Shown: piece after piece, positions 58,800 to 64,000 of the stretch
Layout: every line of letters starts with the position of its first letter
How positions within the stretch are numbered: the stretch's first letter is position 1
Source of the DNA: Rhizaria sp. SCN 62-66
Lineage: Eukaryota
Assembly (NCBI GenBank): GCA_001724265.1
Contig: MEDY01000109.1
Location: forward strand, 1 to 64,000
Reading direction: 5' to 3'
Length of the DNA stretch: 64,000 nt
Translations under genes and position numbers: made by a program
Notes under the pieces: generated by a model
Told to the model about the DNA's origin: nothing
What the model saw: the letters and a program-made list of their open reading frames with translations, nothing else
Databases searched by the model: none

Positions 58800-59306
58800 G
58801 GTCCCGACGGGGAGCTAAAGGAGCACGCAGTGAAGACAAATCACATATTCATGAGCCATAATATAGACAACAGACAATTAATCGCGATGAAAATCTGTCG
58901 CATACAAATTCGTCCCTAATGACGATCAGATGACCGTGATATAGCATCATATTCTTGTCACTCGCATAGCAGGCAGTCTTCGTCGCTTCTTTTTTTTGTG
59001 GCGTGTAGTCTGTTTGAAATTGCCTAAAAAAACGGTGCTGATACGACACTGTTCCATCGTGTGGTGCAATTATTATGCACTGTCCAGGAAATTCTACGTT
59101 ATTTTCTATTATTCGTGCTTTTATATTGCTTGAGTCCCTCACCATGCTGGCCACGACTCACTTTTGTGACCCCTTCTTTCCCACTCCTCGCACAGTCGTA
59201 GAGACACACTTTCCCTGCGCATACACACGCCACACAACTTCTCTTACTGACAAACGCACTCTCACCTACACAAGACACTCCCAGGCCGGGGTCTGCGCGT
59301 AGTCAC

Positions 59307-62300
59307 ATGGGGTGGAACCCCTTCTCCGGCGCGTCCCTGGCGACGGACGCCTCCGAGCACGAAGTGTTGTCCTACTCGATGATTGTGTTCGCGATCCCGT
59401 TCGTGCTCTACTGCGTCGCCGCGTACTACTTCTACTCGCTCATTAAGTGGGACCCGTCGCTTGCCGGCGCCTGGCTCTCCGGCCGCATCACAGAGCTGGG
59501 GCTCATCGTGCCCCTCGCCACCGTCCCCGCCGCCAACACCGCTGCAGGCGCCGGCACAGACGCCAAATCCACCGCCGACGCCGACGCCGCAGCCGACGCC
59601 GCAGCCGCGGCCGCCGCTATTGCTGCGGGCGAGGACCCCGACGCCGCCGTGGCCGCGCTGGCCCGCGCGCGCGCGCGCACCGCGGCCGCCGCCGCCCGCG
59701 CGCGCCGCCGGCACACGGCCGACAACGACGCCATCTTTGCACGCGTGTACCCGTTCTTCCGCATCTACGCCAACGGCGTCTCGGCAGCCGTGCTGCTCGT
59801 GCTGCTGGCGTGGGGCGGCGTGCTGTGCTATCGCGTCTCGCTGCTGCTTACGGTCACGCTCATGTGCTGGTGCGCGACGCTGCTGCACCTGGTCTTCGCG
59901 CTGCGCCAGTGGCGGCTCGCGATGTGGCGGCTCGACTCGGCCATCGTGAGCAAGTTTGTGCGCGCCGCCGTGATTATCGCGGTTTACCACGTCGTGCTCG
60001 TGCTGCTTACGCGGCCCTACGAGTGGATCGGCTTCGCTGCCATGTTCATGATGTTCAACGTGCTGCCCGTCATCGTGCTCGCGTTCCGCGGGTTCGAGTC
60101 GCACAACCTACTCTCTCCCGCTGTGGACCGCACGGCAGACGCGTTCAACTCCAGCGACGACGAGGACGGCATTGACAGCGCGTCCGACGACGACGATGAG
60201 ACGAACAGCGCCGCTCAGACGGCGCTCGGCCTCGGCAGCGGCCAGTCCGGCCCCAGCTCCGGCTCTGGAGCTGGCTCTGCTAGCGGGCGCATCGCGGGCG
60301 GCGTCGGCCCCAATTCGGCCATCGCGCGCTACTGCCGCGACGTCGGCCTGCGCATTCCGCTTGCCGGGGCTGACACCACCGCGATCGCCAAGGCCGACAG
60401 GGCCGAAAAAATCGAAATGATTTTGGGGACCGTGGGCCGCGGCTTGTCGGGCGCGAGCGCGACGAAGAAGCAGGCGATGCTGATCCGCCGTGGACGCGGC
60501 GGCGGCGGCAGCGACGGCGACGGCGGCAGTGCGAGCGCTGCCGAGGCTGCGCTTGCCGTGAAAGAGAGCAAGTCAGGCGGCACCGGCGCTGCGAGTGGTG
60601 GCGGTACTGGTGGTGGGGGTAATCGGTTCACTCCGGCCGAGAGCTCTGACGACGACGTCGCAGCGTCGGATGAGGGCAGTGACACGGAGGAGGCCGGCAA
60701 CATCCGGTCCATGGACTGGTGGCACAAACAGCAAGAGGCGCTGAACAAGACAGCCCCTTACATTCTGCCGCCCTTAGAGTCCGTCGAATACCTTGTGGCG
60801 ATCCCACAAAAGAGAGCGAGGAACGATACCAGTGACCACGACGACAGCCGTAGCCCGAGTCTGATGCCGGGCAACGACAGCCTCCGCAATGATTCCGCTT
60901 TCCCGCTCAACAACCTCAGCTTCACGAACAGCAACGCCGGCGCCAATACAACAAACATCACCGCCGACGGCTCCAACGGTGGGCGTGGTCGCGGCGGCGG
61001 CGGTGGTGGTGGTGGTGGCCGCCGCCGGTTCCGTCAGCGACCGACTCTGAGCAATGACCAAGTCCAGGGCCTGCTGCTGCGCGAGTATGCGCGCGAGCTC
61101 GAGTCGGATAACACGGCGCTGCTGCGCACGTTCAACCTCATCTCGACCGCCGCGGGCGACGGCGGCGGCAACCACGGGGACGCTGCCGCGCTCGCCGCCG
61201 CCTCCGCTGCCGCGGCCGCCGCGGCCTCGCCCGGCGGTGGCGACTCTGCCGGTGCCGGCAACGGCGATGACGGTGGCGACGGCGGCGGCGGTGGTGGCGG
61301 CGGAGACCAGCGGTTGCGCGCCCTGCGGCAGCAGCGGCACCGGCGCCGCGCCCGCGCCGCCCGCGCGCGCCGCGCCAACGTTGCGGAGCTGCAGCGGCAT
61401 CCGCTAACCATGGGCGGCGCGGTGCTGTTGTACCTTGCTGCCGTCGTCGTGCTGCTGCTCTACGGCGGGCTCGCGCTGTGGCTGCTCGAGGACGGCGGCG
61501 CCGGGTTTGTCACCGTCGCCGCGGTGCTCGTGCTCGACATCATCATCTTCCTCACCGTCTCCTCCTCGGGCACCGGCACCGGGACCAACGGCGGCGGCGC
61601 GGCCAACAGTGCCGGCGCTGCTGCTGGCGGTGGCGCGGGCGCCGCTGCGGGGGCCGCGGGTGGTGCCGCTGGCGCAGGCGGGGACGGAGGCCAAGCAGCT
61701 TCCTGGTCGTCCTCGAAGATTAATTTCGACACGTCGCGGCACCCGATCGCGATCTGCATTCTCCTGGTGACCGTGCGCCTGTTCCTGGTGCTGTTCGGCC
61801 GCGACTACTGGCTCGTGGGCCACGCGGCGATGTTCTTCTTCCTCTCCATCTACCTAGGCGCCGACGTCATCGACATCGTGCTGCCACCGGTCGGCGAGGA
61901 CCTCTTCTCCTTTGCCGTCGCCGCGCGCCGCCGCGCCGGCGGGGACGGCGCGCGCATGCAGATGACCGTGGGCGCCGTACAGCAGCTGGCCAGCCTCGTG
62001 CTCGAGGCGCGCGCGCTGCAGAAGAGCCGCTTTGAGCGCGCGCAGAAGGAGTTCATGGCTAAGGTGCGCGCCGCGGCCGCCCAGGGCGGGCTCTCGCTTG
62101 AGACGCTCTTTACGGACAGTGGCGACGGCGGTGCCGCGGCTGGAGCGGTGAGCACCATCTCCGCTAACGCGACCGCGAGCGCGAATGCTCGTACCGCTGC
62201 GGGCGGCGCGAACGGCGGCGCCACCTCTGCCGTGGCCGCCGCCACTGCCGCCGCCGCGACCGCCGCCGCCTCCGCTGCAGCGACCGGGAGCATCGGCGAC

Positions 62301-64000
62301 GGCACCCCCGCGCACATGTCGGCGCCTGACCCCGAGGACCTGCTGCGCACTCGGCTGCACCACAACGCCCACGGCGGCAACTCCGGCGCCGGCGCCGGCG
62401 CGGGCAGCGAAGGCGGCGTGTCGCGCACGTCGCGTGCGCTTGTTTTCGTGCGCTTCTGGTTCCTCACCTTCATCTTCATCGGCGAAGTCGCGATCGTCGT
62501 GCTGACGTCGTCGGGCTCCTTCGGCCACATCTTCTCCACCGCGGGCCCTGTCGCCGGCGTCGCAGCGCTGGGGCTGGCGTTTGCGCTGCTGGCGATCCGC
62601 GTGATGTACCGCGTGTACGCCAACAACGGCTACTCTGTCACGCCGGGGCTTGCCCTCGGCATCTTCGTCGGCGTCGCCGCCTGCGCCGCTGCCGGCGTCG
62701 CCCACTGGGCGATTACGCACACCAGCACCGTGCTCATCTGCACATGCTTTATCCCAACGCTGCTGCTCCTGTTCCTCAGCGCCGTGACCAAGTGGGCGCT
62801 CAACGACTACCGCATCCTGTCCCCTGCGCTGCACCGCAGTCCGCCGCTGGCGCCGTTTCTCCCCGCGCTGCTGCGTCTGCGGCTGCCGTCGTCGGACTTA
62901 GTACAGCTCGCTTCGCACGCGCTCTTCGTCATACTCACCGTCGCCTTTGGCTACCTTATCTCTTACGAGCTGTCGTCGCACGCCACGGGCGGCTTCTCCG
63001 GCGGCATCGGCTGGATCGGCGTCATCGCCGCCATGGCGCTGCTGGTGCTCATCCTCACCGGGCTCACCGTGATTGAGTGGTTCATGACCTTCGAGCTCGC
63101 GCTGCCCGCTGTGGCGCGCCTCACCGTCGCGCTCCTCGTCTTCACCGGGTCCTGCGCCTACGTGTTCTGGGGCGTTATCGTCCCCGGCTTTAGCGCCGAC
63201 TCCATGCCCTACGCGCTCATCCTGCTCTCTGTTGTGTTTGCGTACCCGATCATCACCGTCGCGCTCTTCTGCGGGTTCCACATCGTCGACTCTCACGGCC
63301 AGGTCTCCGGCGGCACGCGCGCCGCGCTGATCGGGTGCTTCGCGCTCGTGCTCGTGTACCTGCTCATCGCGGCCATCTTCTTCGAGCCGTGGCTTGTGTA
63401 CGTGCTCCTGCTCGTCGGGCTTGCCGCGGCCGCCGTGCTGCTGTTCCTTGTCCCCTGGGTTGCCGCCATCGGCCGCATCGCGCTGCAGTGTTACATGCTG
63501 CTGCTCGTCGTCATGGCCTTCGCAGTCGCCTGGCTGCTCGGCAACTTCGTAACCTTCTTCCTGGGACTCACCGCGACTGTGGTCGTGTTGTGGTGCATCC
63601 TCATCGCGTTCACCAAGGCCGCGTATGACGCACATGCGAGCAGCGACGACAAGTACTTCATCAACACTGTCTACGGCTCCTCAATCTTCATCTGGTCGCC
63701 GTATCTCTTCCCGCTGCGTGTATTTACACCGCGCATGACCTCGCAGCTCGAGAACCCCATCTCGGAGCGCTCTGATCTGGTCTTGTGTCTGCTTGCCTGT
63801 GCTCTCGTGCCGTACGCTTACGCGCTGGCGACCGTGCACTTCATCCGTCCCGCGAGCATCGGGCTCGGGCTCGCCGCGCTGACAATGACCGCGTTCATCA
63901 CGCTGCTCTTCCACCTGCGCCACAAGGCCTCGGCGCACTATGACTCGCTCCACGCATCGCTGTCCTTCCTCAAGCCCGGTTCCGAAAAAATTGCGCACGG
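59307..64000 (+). CDS. Very large multipass membrane protein, 5' part (>1560 aa, open to the window end)
   Basis: ATG at 59307 (MGWNPFSGASLATDASEHEVLSYSMIVFAIPFVLYCVAAYYFY...). No stop was found in this frame, which explains its absence from the ORF track. Many hydrophobic segments separated by Gly/Ala/Asp loops. Confidence 0.8.
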   Translation, partial: MGWNPFSGASLATDASEHEVLSYSMIVFAIPFVLYCVAAYYFYSLIKWDPSLAGAWLSGRITELGLIVPLATVPAANTAAGAGTDAKSTADADAAADAAAAAAAIAAGEDPDAAVAALARARARTAAAAARARRRHTADNDAIFARVYPFFRIYANGVSAAVLLVLLAWGGVLCYRVSLLLTVTLMCWCATLLHLVFALRQWRLAMWRLDSAIVSKFVRAAVIIAVYHVVLVLLTRPYEWIGFAAMFMMFNVLPVIVLAFRGFESHNLLSPAVDRTADAFNSSDDEDGIDSASDDDDETNSAAQTALGLGSGQSGPSSGSGAGSASGRIAGGVGPNSAIARYCRDVGLRIPLAGADTTAIAKADRAEKIEMILGTVGRGLSGASATKKQAMLIRRGRGGGGSDGDGGSASAAEAALAVKESKSGGTGAASGGGTGGGGNRFTPAESSDDDVAASDEGSDTEEAGNIRSMDWWHKQQEALNKTAPYILPPLESVEYLVAIPQKRARNDTSDHDDSRSPSLMPGNDSLRNDSAFPLNNLSFTNSNAGANTTNITADGSNGGRGRGGGGGGGGGRRRFRQRPTLSNDQVQGLLLREYARELESDNTALLRTFNLISTAAGDGGGNHGDAAALAAASAAAAAAASPGGGDSAGAGNGDDGGDGGGGGGGGDQRLRALRQQRHRRRARAARARRANVAELQRHPLTMGGAVLLYLAAVVVLLLYGGLALWLLEDGGAGFVTVAAVLVLDIIIFLTVSSSGTGTGTNGGGAANSAGAAAGGGAGAAAGAAGGAAGAGGDGGQAASWSSSKINFDTSRHPIAICILLVTVRLFLVLFGRDYWLVGHAAMFFFLSIYLGADVIDIVLPPVGEDLFSFAVAARRRAGGDGARMQMTVGAVQQLASLVLEARALQKSRFERAQKEFMAKVRAAAAQGGLSLETLFTDSGDGGAAAGAVSTISANATASANARTAAGGANGGATSAVAAATAAAATAAASAAATGSIGDGTPAHMSAPDPEDLLRTRLHHNAHGGNSGAGAGAGSEGGVSRTSRALVFVRFWFLTFIFIGEVAIVVLTSSGSFGHIFSTAGPVAGVAALGLAFALLAIRVMYRVYANNGYSVTPGLALGIFVGVAACAAAGVAHWAITHTSTVLICTCFIPTLLLLFLSAVTKWALNDYRILSPALHRSPPLAPFLPALLRLRLPSSDLVQLASHALFVILTVAFGYLISYELSSHATGGFSGGIGWIGVIAAMALLVLILTGLTVIEWFMTFELALPAVARLTVALLVFTGSCAYVFWGVIVPGFSADSMPYALILLSVVFAYPIITVALFCGFHIVDSHGQVSGGTRAALIGCFALVLVYLLIAAIFFEPWLVYVLLLVGLAAAAVLLFLVPWVAAIGRIALQCYMLLLVVMAFAVAWLLGNFVTFFLGLTATVVVLWCILIAFTKAAYDAHASSDDKYFINTVYGSSIFIWSPYLFPLRVFTPRMTSQLENPISERSDLVLCLLACALVPYAYALATVHFIRPASIGLGLAALTMTAFITLLFHLRHKASAHYDSLHASLSFLKPGSEKIAH

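Overview
Eukaryotic nuclear DNA from a flagellated microbial eukaryote (it has centrin and dynein-2 LIC). The window is compact, with about 25 protein-coding genes on both strands. Exons are very GC-rich and often padded with Ala/Gly/Ser/Gln tracts; introns are mostly AT-richer, about 120-340 nt, and almost all begin GTACG. Recognisable genes: RPS11 (partial), DYNC2LI1, an RlmN-type radical-SAM RNA methyltransferase, FAH, a mitochondrial carrier, two tandem TPT-family transporters, a soluble HMG-CoA reductase, centrin, a T-x-H MAPK, NSA2, an AAAP amino-acid transporter, MsrA, a PBZ/BRCT protein, Churchill, an AWS-SET methyltransferase, EMC6 and a very large multipass membrane protein running off the right end. 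The strongest unexplained signal is a probable non-standard nuclear genetic code. None of the 23 complete gene models ends in TAG (11 TAA, 12 TGA), an otherwise intact MsrA has an in-frame TAG mid-domain, and a second gene has an in-frame TAG at codon 6. This suggests UAG alone is read as a sense codon (Gln/Glu-like by context). No rRNA, tRNA, CRISPR array or mobile element could be supported. All gene models were built by eye and no database searches were run.
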